In this document: piece by piece, positions 19,904-29,262 of the stretch
Numbering within the stretch: the first letter of the stretch is position 1
How the letters are laid out: each line of letters begins with the position of its first letter
From: Acidimicrobiales bacterium
Lineage (GTDB): Bacteria; Actinomycetota; Acidimicrobiia; Acidimicrobiales; Iamiaceae
Length of the DNA stretch: 64,000 bases
Assembly: GCA_038233335.1 (NCBI GenBank)
Contig: JBBSME010000001.1
Coordinates: 3,278-67,277 of the forward strand
Direction of reading: 5' to 3'
The notes under the pieces: generated by a model
Database searches by the model: none
The model's input: the letters and a program-made list of their open reading frames with translations, nothing else
What the model was told of the DNA's origin: nothing
Program-made: the position numbers and the translations under genes

Positions 19904-20480
19904 CAGCAAGCTCCACGACCGACCCTCCGACCGCCCAATCAGCATCGATGACGCGACGCAGGTTGCGCGGGTGATGGCTGCGCTGGCGACCCCGAGCCGG
20001 GTCCGCATCCTGGCTCGCTTGCGCGTCGTCGACCACACCGTGGGCGAGTTGACCGCTGAGGTCGGCATGGAACAACCGGCAGTGTCGCACCAGTTGCGGA
20101 TCCTGCGTGATCTGAACCTGGTGAGCGGGATCCGCCGCGGTCGCCATGTCGTGTACGGGCTCCACGACCCCCATGTGGCTGCGCTGCTCGACGAGGCGCT
20201 GCGTCACGTGGATCACCTGCGTCCCGCTGCATCCACCAGTCGCCAGGACGACCCGGCGAGAACCCCACAAGGAGCAACCATGACCACAGACCATGTTCAC
20301 GACACCCCCCACAGCCATGAGCACGCCCACGGCGATGAGGTCCACACCCATCAGCACACTGCCCATGACCACGATCACGTCGAGCACGCCCACGAGCACC
20401 AGCACGACGGTGAGGGCGACACCCACACCCATCCGCACCCGCACCAGGCCGGGCTCGAGGAGGCACACGCCCACGAGTGA
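19894..20480 (+). CDS. ArsR/SmtB metalloregulator (NmtR-like) with in-frame His-rich tail; possible 1-nt frameshift just after the start
   Basis: ALATPSR, AVSHQLRILR and alpha5 DPH...H..H site; called ORF starts at 19971 but similarity extends upstream. Confidence 0.8.
20280..20480 (+). CDS. 66-aa His-rich putative metal-binding peptide (internal start)
   Basis: AAGGAG RBS 5 nt before ATG 20280; 22 of 66 residues are His. Confidence 0.7.
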   Translation: MTTDHVHDTPHSHEHAHGDEVHTHQHTAHDHDHVEHAHEHQHDGEGDTHTHPHPHQAGLEEAHAHE

Positions 20481-20644
20481 GCGACGCGCTGCCGTACCAC
20501 GGTCCACTGCGACGTGTGGTGCGCACACGACTGACCTCGACCACCAAGGACACGGAGGGGGACCGGTTGCCGTTGCCGGCAGACCTCACCGTGCCGTATG
20601 TGACGTCCGCGCTCCGAAGCACGGTCGGGTCGGGACTCCCTGGG

Positions 20645-21526
20645 CTACCGGCTGACTATGCGGGACGCGGGGGCGATCGCGGTTGCGTGCTCGTCGAGGT
20701 TTGCAGTTCGCTTGAGTCCTCGCATCCCGGTGATCAGGAAGGTGAGAGCGAAGCAGGCCGCACCGACGAGGACGATGGTGGGTCCCGACTGGACGTTGAG
20801 GTGGTAGCTGAGGTTCATTCCTACGAACCCGGTGGTGGCCCCGATGCCGGTGGCGAGGAAAAGCATCCGGCTGAAGGAGTTGGTGAGCATTCGGGCGACG
20901 GTGGCGGGGATGACGAGGGTGGCGGCGATGAGGGTGACTCCAAGCACCTGCATGGTGGCGAGGATGGAGATGGCGAGCACGAGCATCAGGAGGGCGTCGA
21001 CCCGGTTGGTGCGCACCCCCGAGGCCTCGGCGACCTCGGGATCGAAGGTCGTGAACAGCAGCCGGCGATACCCGAAGAAGACGACGAGGGTCACGACTGC
21101 GGTGACGGCGATGATGGCCAGGACATCGTCGATGCCGACACCGAGGATGCTGCCGAAGAGGGCGGCGTCGAAGCTCTGACCTTGGCGGCCGAAGATGGCG
21201 AACAGCGCAAGGCCGAGGGCGAAGGAGGCGGTGGTGATGACGCCGATGGCGGCGTCGGCGCCGATGGGCCTCCGGCGGGTGACGCCGTTGATCATGAGCG
21301 CGGAGGCGACGCCCCAGACGCCGGCTCCGAGCACGAAGTTGACGCCGAGGAGGGCGCTGGCGGCGAAGCCGCCGAAGATGGCGTGCGACAAGCCGTGGCC
21401 GATGTAGCTCATGCCTTTGAGGACGACGTAGACGCCGACGAGGCCGCACAGGGCGCCGGCGAAGGTGGCGACGATGAGACCGTTGCGGAAGAACTCGAAC
21501 TCGAAGGGTCGCAGGAGCTCGTCCAT
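20645..21526 (-). CDS. Metal ABC transporter permease (ZnuB/MntB-like)
   Basis: GHGLSHA, LFGSIL and FDPEVA motifs; multiple TM segments. Confidence 0.93.
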   Translation of the reverse strand: MDELLRPFEFEFFRNGLIVATFAGALCGLVGVYVVLKGMSYIGHGLSHAIFGGFAASALLGVNFVLGAGVWGVASALMINGVTRRRPIGADAAIGVITTASFALGLALFAIFGRQGQSFDAALFGSILGVGIDDVLAIIAVTAVVTLVVFFGYRRLLFTTFDPEVAEASGVRTNRVDALLMLVLAISILATMQVLGVTLIAATLVIPATVARMLTNSFSRMLFLATGIGATTGFVGMNLSYHLNVQSGPTIVLVGAACFALTFLITGMRGLKRTANLDEHATAIAPASRIVSR

Positions 21527-22320
21527 CAGGCGCCTGCCTTCCGGAGTTTCACGACGTTGTCGGTCGACACATAGTCGTCGAGGACGATCGGCATGCCGGC
21601 GTGCTCGAGGATCTCCATCCGTGCCCCGAAGGTGCGTTCCAGCACGTCTGCGGTGAGAACGTCCCGGGGTGCGCCGTGGCCGAGGACCTCGGTGTTGAGG
21701 CAGACGAGGTGGGGGAGGTGGGCAGCCATCCCGTTGAGGTCATGGGTGGTCAACACGATGGCGAGCCCGTCGCGGTGGAGGTCGTCGAGGAGGTGCAGCA
21801 CCTCGTGGCGGGTGCGCACGTCAACCCCGGAGGTGGGTTCGTCCATGAGGAGGAGCTCCGGCTGGCCGAGCAGCGCTCGGGCGATGAACACTCGCTGTTG
21901 TTGGCCACCCGAGAGGTCGCGGATGTGACGGCCGGCCAGCTCCGCGATGCCGAGGCGGTCGAGAACCTGGCAGACCTCGGCGTGCTCGGCCTTGCTCCGC
22001 CAGGGCAGGAGTCGGCCTCTGGTGCGGGCCATGAGCACACATTCCGCCACCGTGACCGGGAAGCTCCAGTTGACCGACTCGACCTGGGGCACGTAGCCAA
22101 CCCGCAGCTCGCGGCGGCGGTCGACTGATCCTGCGATCGGGTCCATGGTCCCGAGCAGCACGCGCAGCAACGTGGTCTTGCCCGAGCCGGACGGGCCGAC
22201 GACACCGCTGAACTGATCTGACGTAATGGTCAGGTCGACGTTGACCAGTACAGGCGTCGAGCCGTAGGTGCAGGTGACTCGATCGAGTCGTACCAGGTCG
22301 GGCCCGGTGGCGCCGGTCAC
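21526..22320 (-). CDS. Metal ABC transporter ATP-binding protein
   Basis: GPSGSGKT, GYVPQ, LSGGQQQR, DEP and THD motifs. Confidence 0.95.
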   Translation of the reverse strand: MTGATGPDLVRLDRVTCTYGSTPVLVNVDLTITSDQFSGVVGPSGSGKTTLLRVLLGTMDPIAGSVDRRRELRVGYVPQVESVNWSFPVTVAECVLMARTRGRLLPWRSKAEHAEVCQVLDRLGIAELAGRHIRDLSGGQQQRVFIARALLGQPELLLMDEPTSGVDVRTRHEVLHLLDDLHRDGLAIVLTTHDLNGMAAHLPHLVCLNTEVLGHGAPRDVLTADVLERTFGARMEILEHAGMPIVLDDYVSTDNVVKLRKAGA

Positions 22321-23318
22321 TGGGGGTACTTGGCTTCGTCGGGGGCGACATTGCGGAGCTCCACTGCCTCCAGGGCCGATGCGTCGCCGCCGAGGGCGTC
22401 GGTCATGGTGATGTAGTCGAAGCGCATCAGTCCCAGCCAGGAGTGCTCGGCCTCGCCGGGCTCACCGGGCAGGTCGTCGTCACGAAGCTCGTCGACGTAG
22501 TCCACGCCCGCCTCCTTGCCGATCTGTTCGAGGACAGGGCTGGGGAACACCTCGGAGCCGAAGATCGCCGGCACCTCTTCCTCCCGGACCTGGTCGATGA
22601 GGTCGGCCACCTCCCCCGGTGTCGGGTCCTCGAAGTCCGAGACCTGGATCGCACCGATGACCTCCCAGCCATACGTGTCGGCGAAGTAGGCGTAGGCGTC
22701 GTGGTAGGTGAGGAGCTTGCGCTCAGGCACAGTCTCGAAGCTCTCCCGCATCGCGGCGTCGAGACCGTCGATCACTTCCGAGAACTTGTCGTAGTTGGCC
22801 CCGTAGTACCCCGCGTTGCCCGGGTCGCGCTCGGACATGTCGTCCTTGACGATCTCGGCGTACTCCAGCGCCAAGGTGGGGTCGGTCCAGAGGTGCGGGT
22901 TCGGCTTGCCCTCCTCCTCGGGGAAGGAGAAGTCGTACTTGTACTCGCTCTCCGGGATCGCCTCGGTTCCCAGCTCGACGAGCTCCGCCCCGTCCTTGAG
23001 GTTCTCGTCGGCCAGCTCCTTGGTGGGCTCCTCGAGGACGAGACCGTTGATGTAGACCACATCGGCTGTCGACAATAGCTCAGCCACGCTCGGCTCGGGT
23101 TCGAAGGTGTGGGAGTTCGTCCCCTCTGGAACAATCCCTTCGACGTCGGCCCGGTCGCCGACGATGGTGGACACGATGCTGGTGATCGGCGCCACCGTCG
23201 TGGCGATCTTCAAGCGGTCATCTCTTGCGGCCGACCCACCGCCACCATCGTCATCGCCGCAGGCGACCGCAGCCAGACCGACGACCAGCACGAACCCGAG
23301 GCCAAGAATCTTGCGCAT
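22317..23318 (-). CDS. Metal ABC substrate-binding lipoprotein (cluster A-I)
   Basis: AVAC lipobox; NSHTFEP, NPHLW and YHDAYAYF motifs. Confidence 0.93.
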   Translation of the reverse strand: MRKILGLGFVLVVGLAAVACGDDDGGGGSAARDDRLKIATTVAPITSIVSTIVGDRADVEGIVPEGTNSHTFEPEPSVAELLSTADVVYINGLVLEEPTKELADENLKDGAELVELGTEAIPESEYKYDFSFPEEEGKPNPHLWTDPTLALEYAEIVKDDMSERDPGNAGYYGANYDKFSEVIDGLDAAMRESFETVPERKLLTYHDAYAYFADTYGWEVIGAIQVSDFEDPTPGEVADLIDQVREEEVPAIFGSEVFPSPVLEQIGKEAGVDYVDELRDDDLPGEPGEAEHSWLGLMRFDYITMTDALGGDASALEAVELRNVAPDEAKYPQ

Positions 23319-23337
23319 CCCCGAACCCTAGACGAGA

Positions 23338-23365
23338 TCGCAATGCTCTTGCGAACGGCTCGCAA
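23338..23365. promoter_or_regulatory. Overlapping Nur/Fur-type boxes TCGCAA-N5-TTGCGA-N5-TCGCAA
   Basis: Three hexamers at 11-bp pitch between the divergent SBP and Fur-family genes. Confidence 0.7.
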
Positions 23366-23390
23366 CATTGGCCGAGTATCCTTGAGGCGC

Positions 23391-23831
23391 ATGGGCTCAA
23401 CGGATCAGGTCGAAGCGATCCTGGACCAGTTGCGAGCCAGCGGAGGTCGGGTCACCAGCCCCCGCCGGGCCATCGTTGAAGCCCTCGTCGAGCACCCCGA
23501 CCACCCGACCGCCGAACAGCTCCTCACTGCGGTCCAGGCTCGCCAACCTGACGTGCACGAATCGACCGTGTACCGCGTCCTCGACGACCTCAGGCGCCTT
23601 GGCGCTGTCGATCACGTCCACCTCGGACACGGCGCCGCCGTGTACCACCTTGCTGAGGAGTCCCACCACCACCTCGTCTGCCAGACCTGTGGGCGAGTGA
23701 TCGAAGTCCCCGATCGAGATCTCGAACGCCTCCGCACGCAGCTCCGGGAGACCTACGACTTCGAGATCGAGCCGCAACACTTCGCCCTCCTCGGCCGCTG
23801 CACGGCCTGTGCCGCCCCCGATTCAGACTGA
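23391..23831 (+). CDS. Fur-family regulator, Nur-like
   Basis: STVYR, HVHLGHG, HHHLVCxxC and HFALLGRCxxC motifs. Confidence 0.88.
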   Translation: MGSTDQVEAILDQLRASGGRVTSPRRAIVEALVEHPDHPTAEQLLTAVQARQPDVHESTVYRVLDDLRRLGAVDHVHLGHGAAVYHLAEESHHHLVCQTCGRVIEVPDRDLERLRTQLRETYDFEIEPQHFALLGRCTACAAPDSD

Positions 23832-24104
23832 GTCTGGGCCACCGCCGATCAGGTCGAAGATCGTACAACCGATCCGTGCAGGGCGGAACTACTGGCGCAG
23901 CGAAGTCACAAGATCCCCGCGCTCCGCAGTGCTGACACCGTCGCCGCGTCGAGCCCGCCGCCAACGGGTCGAGGACGACGGTGACGGAGACCCGGGAGCC
24001 CACGCGACCCGGCGAGCCCGACCCGGGTACCCAACCATCGGTTCCGACCCGTGCCTCGCCGTGTTACCCGGTGTCGCTGGGTGTCACCCTGTGCCACCAG
24101 ATCC

Positions 24105-24126
24105 CGCGGGTTTTCCGCGGGTTTTC
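24105..24126 (+). repeat. 22-bp direct repeat, copy 2, preceded by 10-bp-periodic GTGYY motifs (24051-24100)
   Basis: Identical to 18135-18156; 65 bp from the tRNA 3' end. Confidence 0.85.
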
Positions 24127-24191
24127 GCCGCCCCCGACATGCCCCCGAGGCTCCGCAACTTCAATCCCACTCCCTCTGACCTGGGGTTTTG

Positions 24192-24268
24192 TGGTGGGCG
24201 TAACAGGACTCGAACCTGTGACCTCTGCCGTGTGAAGGCAGCGCTCTAGCCAGCTGAGCTATACGCCC
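24192..24268 (-). tRNA. tRNA-Val(CAC)
   Basis: Cloverleaf GGGCGTA...TACGCCC-ACCA; anticodon arm CTGCC-TT-CAC-AC-GGCAG; GTTCGAG T-loop. Confidence 0.97.
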
Positions 24269-24320
24269 GGGACGGCGCAGAGTAGCGCGAGGCCGCGGCC
24301 CGGCCCCACCCCGATCCGGA

Positions 24321-25151
24321 CTACGGGAAGCGGATGGCCGCCAGCTGGGTGGACTGGGCCACCAGGTGATCCTCGCTGTCCCACACCTCGCAGGTCTCGT
24401 CCGCGAACCCGGCGGCGATGGTGCCGACCCGGAAGCGCAGGCGGAGGGGACCGGGCGCGGGGCGGGCCCGGATGTAGGCGGTCAGGCTCAGGGTCGGCAC
24501 CCAGCCGGTCATGGCCACCTCGAAGGTCGCCGGCGGGACCGCGTCGACGGCGAACAGGAGGCCCAGCGGGTCAAACGGGCGGCCGTCGGCGAAGCGGAGC
24601 CAAGCCCGGATCTCCCCCTCCCCCGAGGGCGCGCCGCGGGCCCAGCCGAGCGTGGCCGGGTCGAAGGACTGCTCGACCACCGCAGCCATGGGCGGGGCGC
24701 CGCCGGTCACCGGGGAGGGCAGGTCGCGCCCCGCGGCCCGGCAGGTGTCCTCATCGGGCATGTCCGGGGGAGCCACGTCGCCCCAGTCCGGCGACCCGCC
24801 CGCCAACCCGGCCAGGGTCATCAGCGATTCGACCTTGGGCTCCTCGTCTTGGACCAGGGCCACCCGCAGCTGGGAGGCGGTGCGCCCCCGGCGCCGGACC
24901 TCGGTGACCACGGTGGCGGGGCCGGTGCTGGGCGGGGAGATGTAGGAGACGGTGGCCCCCACCACATGGCGGTCCTCCTCCCCCAGCGCGGCCACCGCAG
25001 CGCGGCCCATCACCGCCAGCAGGTAGCCCCCGTTGGGCCGATCCTTCATGATCGTCAGCTGCTCGCTGAGGTCGACGTTCCACTCCCCGTCTCCGGGACC
25101 GGGGCGCACGGCGGTGCAGTCGTCGAACAGGAACGGCGGTCCGGAGCTCAA
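24321..25151 (-). CDS. Thioesterase family (double hot-dog) protein
   Basis: PNGGYL, RRGRT, DAVPP and PTLSLT motifs. Confidence 0.88.
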   Translation of the reverse strand: MSSGPPFLFDDCTAVRPGPGDGEWNVDLSEQLTIMKDRPNGGYLLAVMGRAAVAALGEEDRHVVGATVSYISPPSTGPATVVTEVRRRGRTASQLRVALVQDEEPKVESLMTLAGLAGGSPDWGDVAPPDMPDEDTCRAAGRDLPSPVTGGAPPMAAVVEQSFDPATLGWARGAPSGEGEIRAWLRFADGRPFDPLGLLFAVDAVPPATFEVAMTGWVPTLSLTAYIRARPAPGPLRLRFRVGTIAAGFADETCEVWDSEDHLVAQSTQLAAIRFP

Positions 25152-25244
25152 GGTGTGGTCCTCAGGGGAGGGCCCGGCGGCCGGCCGGGCGAGGGTCGAT
25201 GTGCAACCTAGGACGGCCGCCAGGACGCCCCGGAACCTCGACGC

Positions 25245-25910
25245 TCAGCCCCGCGGTTCAGGCCGACGGATGAGGGGCTCCGCGGTGGTGGGCGCCCGCA
25301 GGGGGGCCAGCAGGCCCACCGGTGTCCGGGCCGGGGCGATGGTGCGGTGCACGCCGTCGATGGTGGCCCCGAGGTGACGGCCGACCAGGGGATCGAGGAT
25401 GTCGCCTCGGGCCGAGGCCTCGACGGTGACGATGGCCGGGCGGAACAGCCCCCACAGCCGGTCAGGCACCACCACGGGACCATCGGCCCGAGCCAGCACC
25501 ATCCGGTGGGGCAGCACCATGGGCACCCCGATGCCCCGGCCCCGAGCCTTGACCGACAGGTCTCGGTCCTCCCAGAGCAGCTGGCGCACCCCGTCCCGCG
25601 CGAACCACCGCAGCTCCCCCATCTGGGCCGGCACGCCCCAGTTCATCCGGTACCCGACCAGCGCCTCGGACTTGTCGACCACCGCCACCGCGACCGTCCA
25701 CCCGGGGTGGGCGCCGAGGCGGGCCGGGACCAGCACCATCAGCTGGAGGAAGGGCCCGACCGGGGAGTCGGTGTAGCGCACGGCCACGATCGCGGTGGGG
25801 CCGGGCGCCGAGGCGATGCCCTCCGGCGGGACGAAGGGGGGCCGCTTCCGACTGAGGCACACCAGGGCCTCGCCACGAAGGGCCCAGGGTGCATGCGGCG
25901 GTGCCGTCAC
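25245..25910 (-). CDS. Acetoacetate decarboxylase-like protein
   Basis: APWALRG, YTDSPVGP and NWGVP motifs; catalytic Lys not evident. Confidence 0.75.
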   Translation of the reverse strand: MTAPPHAPWALRGEALVCLSRKRPPFVPPEGIASAPGPTAIVAVRYTDSPVGPFLQLMVLVPARLGAHPGWTVAVAVVDKSEALVGYRMNWGVPAQMGELRWFARDGVRQLLWEDRDLSVKARGRGIGVPMVLPHRMVLARADGPVVVPDRLWGLFRPAIVTVEASARGDILDPLVGRHLGATIDGVHRTIAPARTPVGLLAPLRAPTTAEPLIRRPEPRG

Positions 25911-25956
25911 GCCCTCACGCTACCGGTCCTGGTGCACCAAGGGGGTGGAGCCGGCC

Positions 25957-27357
25957 TCAGCCGACCGGTGCCACCTCATCGCGGCCCACCGCCAGCTCGA
26001 GGTAGGCCAGCATCCGCAGGACGGCGGCGTCGGCGTGGTGGCTGCCCACGACCTGCAGGCCGACGGGCACGCCGTCGTCGGTCCGGCCGATGGGCACGGT
26101 GCCGCAGGGCGACCGGGTGAGGTTGAAGGGGTAGGTGAACTTGATCCAGTTCGGGTCCTCCACCCCATCGATGGTCCCGTTGGCCCAGGGTTCGGGCACC
26201 CGGCCGGCGATCACGGGACAGAGGAGGAACGAGGCGTCGGCCAGGAGGGTCGTCAGGGTCTGGTTGAGCTCGTGGCACAGGTCGCCCGCCACCATGACGT
26301 CCACCGCCGAGAGGGTCTGGGCCAGCTCGACCCCGAAGCGCACGGCCGGGTCCAGTCGGTCGAAGTCCGGGGTGCCGACCAGGGCGCCGACCGTCCGCAG
26401 GTGGGATGCAGAGGTCAGGGTGAGCCACGCGCCGACCGGGTCCTCGGGGAACACCAAGGACACCTCGGCCACCTCGCAACCCGACGCATCGAGGCGGTCG
26501 ACGGCGGCCCGGCACACCTCCGCCACCCCAGGGTCGACCGAGCCGTAGCCCAGGTCCGGGGACCACACCACCCGCAGCGGCGGGTGGGGCTCGTCGACCT
26601 GGGGGCGCCAGGGCCGACGCGGCTGGGGCAGGCTGCGCAGGTCGGTGGGGTGGGGACCGACGACGGCGTCGAGGACGGCGGCGGCATCGGTCGCCCGGCG
26701 GGTGATGGGCCCCTTGGCCGACAGGTCGGCCCACGCCGGTGGGGTCGGACCGCCGACCGGCACCCGGCCCAGCGACGGCTTGAACCCGGTCAGGCCGCAG
26801 ATGGCGGCCGGGATGCGGATGGATCCGCCGCCGTCGCTGCCGGTGGCGAGAGGAACCATGCCTGCCGCCACCGCCGCCGCGCTCCCGCCCGACGACCCGC
26901 CGGCCGAGCGACTCGTGTTCCACGGGTTCACGGTGGGCGGCCCCAGCCCGTTGCTGGTGTCGCCCTTGCACCCCAGCTCCGGGGTGTTGGTCTTGCCCAC
27001 GACCACGCACCCGGCGGCCCGCAGCCGGGCCACGAAAATGGAGTCGGCCATGGCCGGGGCATCGTCGGCCGACAGCACCGAGCCGTTGGTGGTGGTGAAG
27101 CCGACCGCGTCCTCCAGGTCCTTTACCCCGATGGGCACCCCGGCCAGCGGACCCACGTCCTCGCCTGAGGCGATGCGCTCATCGACCAGGGTGGCGTCGG
27201 CCAGGGCCCGGTCCGGGTCGACGGACACGAAGGCGTGGATGTCGCCGTCGAGGGCGTCGATGCGGTCCAGCGCCGCCTGGGTCAGCTCGCGGGAGCTGAC
27301 CTCGCCGGTCCGGACCCGCGCGGCCAGGTCCTCAACGGTGTGCTCACGGAAGTCCAC
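25957..27357 (-). CDS. Amidase (amidase signature family)
   Basis: KD, GKTN, GGSSGGS and GSDGGGSIRIP motifs. Confidence 0.95.
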   Translation of the reverse strand: MDFREHTVEDLAARVRTGEVSSRELTQAALDRIDALDGDIHAFVSVDPDRALADATLVDERIASGEDVGPLAGVPIGVKDLEDAVGFTTTNGSVLSADDAPAMADSIFVARLRAAGCVVVGKTNTPELGCKGDTSNGLGPPTVNPWNTSRSAGGSSGGSAAAVAAGMVPLATGSDGGGSIRIPAAICGLTGFKPSLGRVPVGGPTPPAWADLSAKGPITRRATDAAAVLDAVVGPHPTDLRSLPQPRRPWRPQVDEPHPPLRVVWSPDLGYGSVDPGVAEVCRAAVDRLDASGCEVAEVSLVFPEDPVGAWLTLTSASHLRTVGALVGTPDFDRLDPAVRFGVELAQTLSAVDVMVAGDLCHELNQTLTTLLADASFLLCPVIAGRVPEPWANGTIDGVEDPNWIKFTYPFNLTRSPCGTVPIGRTDDGVPVGLQVVGSHHADAAVLRMLAYLELAVGRDEVAPVG

Positions 27358-27578
27358 GGGCTTGTCTCCGACGTTGCAGGGGGAACGGGCGCAGCCACCC
27401 TACGGTCGCCCCAGGGGCACCGTCGGCGAGAGGGTGCGCAGGGGCCGGAGGTCTCGGCCCGGCCCAGGATGCCCCGGGTCTCGGGGGTGAGGGCAAGGGC
27501 CACGACGACCCCGTCGACCACGACCGCTCCCTCGCCGGGAGCACGCTGATCGCCGGGCCGGGGGTCACGACTGCGGGA

Positions 27579-27752
27579 TCAGTAGGGGCCGTCGCAGCAG
27601 GAATCGCGCTGGCCGCAGCCGGTGCAGCGATAGTGCGCGTGCTCGGGCGCCATCGGCCCACCGCAGTGGCCGCACTGGGTCGACAGGTCACACCGGGCCG
27701 CGGCCGCGACGGGGTCGGGATCGGACGGGGTACGGGTGTCGACGGTCTCCAT
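27579..27752 (-). CDS. 57-aa Cys-rich zinc-finger microprotein (absent from ORF track)
   Basis: Own translation: METVDTRTPSDPDPVAAAARCDLSTQCGHCGGPMAPEHAHYRCTGCGQRDSCCDGPY. Confidence 0.75.
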   Translation of the reverse strand: METVDTRTPSDPDPVAAAARCDLSTQCGHCGGPMAPEHAHYRCTGCGQRDSCCDGPY

Positions 27753-27840
27753 GGGGCGCCCACGGTAGGGGCCCGCACCGGCCGGGTCGCGGACTTGACC
27801 GGCTGGTCAGGATGGCCGGCCCCGGCCCTACCCTGGGCCG

Positions 27841-29151
27841 GTGCCCGACCCGTCCTCCACCCGCGACGATCACCCGGAGGAGGCGCTGGAGAGGGTCGAG
27901 GAGGCCCTCCTTGCGGGCGACCGCACCTTCGCCAGCGGCACGGCCCGCTCGGCCTTCGCCCACCGCACCTTCCGCACCGTCTACCTCGGGGCGTTCGCCT
28001 CCAACATCGGCACGTGGATGCAGAACGTGGTCCTGGGGGCGCTGGCCTACGACCTGACCGGCTCCGGCGTCTTCGTCGGGATCGTGACCGCGGCCCAGCT
28101 GGGCCCACTCCTGGTGCTCTCGCTGGTGGGCGGGGCCATGGCCGACACCTACGACCGCAAGAAGCTGCTGATCGTCCTCTCGATCGGCCAGGCCGCCTTC
28201 TCGCTGCTGCTGGCGCTGGTGACCATGAGCGCCGACCCCAACAAGGCGGTCCTGGTGGCCGTGGTGCTGGCCATCGGCATCGGCAACGCCCTGTACGCCC
28301 CCACCTTCAGCGCGGTGGTCCCGATCCTGGTGCCCCGCGAGGACCTCACCGGAGCCATCTCGCTCAACTCGGTGCAGATGAACGCGTCGCGGGTGATCGG
28401 CCCGATCATCGGCAGCGTCCTGTTCGCCAGCGTCGGTGCCTCCTGGGTCTTCGTCCTCAACGCGGCCAGCTTCACCGCGGTCATCGTCAGCCTCACCCGG
28501 GTCACCCTGCCCCCACCGGCGGGTTCGGGCACCCAGGGGCTCCACCGCCTGCTGGAGGGCATCCGCTACGCCCGGACCCACCGTGCGGTGGGGCAGGTGA
28601 TCGTGACCATCGTGGTCTTCTCGCTCTTCGCCCTGCCCTTCATCACCCAGATGCCGAAGCTGGCCGACGAGAACTTCGGCATCGGATCCCGCAGCGCGGC
28701 CTACGGACTCCTCTACGCCACCTTCGGACTGGGCGCGGTCACCGGCGCCCTGTCGGTGGGCACCCTCTTCGCGGCCCGGAGCAAGGCGCGTCTCGCCCGG
28801 TACGGGCTGGGGGGGTTCGCCGTCTTGTTGACCGTGTTCTCCCTGCTGCGGATGGCGCCGCTGGCCTACCCGGCCATCTATGTGGTGGGCGCGGTGTACT
28901 TCCTCGTGATCACCTCGCTGTCGACCGTGCTCCAGGAGGACCTCGACGACCGGGTCCGGGGCAAGGTGCTGGCCCTCTGGATCATGGGCTTCGGCGGGAC
29001 GGTGCCCTTCGGCGGGTTGGCCGGCGGGTGGGTGGCCGAGCAGACGTCGGTGACGGTGATGATGCTGGGCGGCGCGGCGGTGGCCCTGGTCCTGGGCCTC
29101 ACCGTCAGCCTCCGCCCCGGCCCCGACGAGCCGGCCCCGCTCCCGACCTGA
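27841..29151 (+). CDS. MFS transporter (MFS_3-like)
   Basis: SNIGTWMQ and GAMADTYDRK motifs; about 12 TM segments. Confidence 0.92.
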   Translation: MPDPSSTRDDHPEEALERVEEALLAGDRTFASGTARSAFAHRTFRTVYLGAFASNIGTWMQNVVLGALAYDLTGSGVFVGIVTAAQLGPLLVLSLVGGAMADTYDRKKLLIVLSIGQAAFSLLLALVTMSADPNKAVLVAVVLAIGIGNALYAPTFSAVVPILVPREDLTGAISLNSVQMNASRVIGPIIGSVLFASVGASWVFVLNAASFTAVIVSLTRVTLPPPAGSGTQGLHRLLEGIRYARTHRAVGQVIVTIVVFSLFALPFITQMPKLADENFGIGSRSAAYGLLYATFGLGAVTGALSVGTLFAARSKARLARYGLGGFAVLLTVFSLLRMAPLAYPAIYVVGAVYFLVITSLSTVLQEDLDDRVRGKVLALWIMGFGGTVPFGGLAGGWVAEQTSVTVMMLGGAAVALVLGLTVSLRPGPDEPAPLPT

Positions 29152-29165
29152 CCGCGGTCAGGATC

Positions 29166-29233
29166 CGAACTGGTCCCGACTTCGGTCGCCAGGACGACAG
29201 GTCGCCAGGACGACCAAGGTCGGGACCACTTCG
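29166..29233. repeat. Hairpin element CGAACTGG...CCACTTCG with internal 16-bp-period duplication; possible bidirectional terminator
   Basis: Arms TGGTCCCGAC/GTCGGGACCA; GGTCGCCAGGACGAC occurs twice. Confidence 0.7.
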
Positions 29234-29262
29234 GCTGGGGCAGCGGTCATCGGGCGAGCCGA

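Larger units (their letters stand above)
17440..24191. mobile_element. Degenerate genomic island at the tRNA-Val 3' end; no integrase in the window
   Basis: tRNA-adjacent; atypical codon usage; TA pair; gene remnants; 22-bp direct repeats. Confidence 0.7.

Noticed and set aside
27360-27570. Possible small gene (VVDGVVVALALTPETRGILG) upstream of the amidase
   Set aside because: No clean start/stop; overlaps the amidase start; cannot be supported
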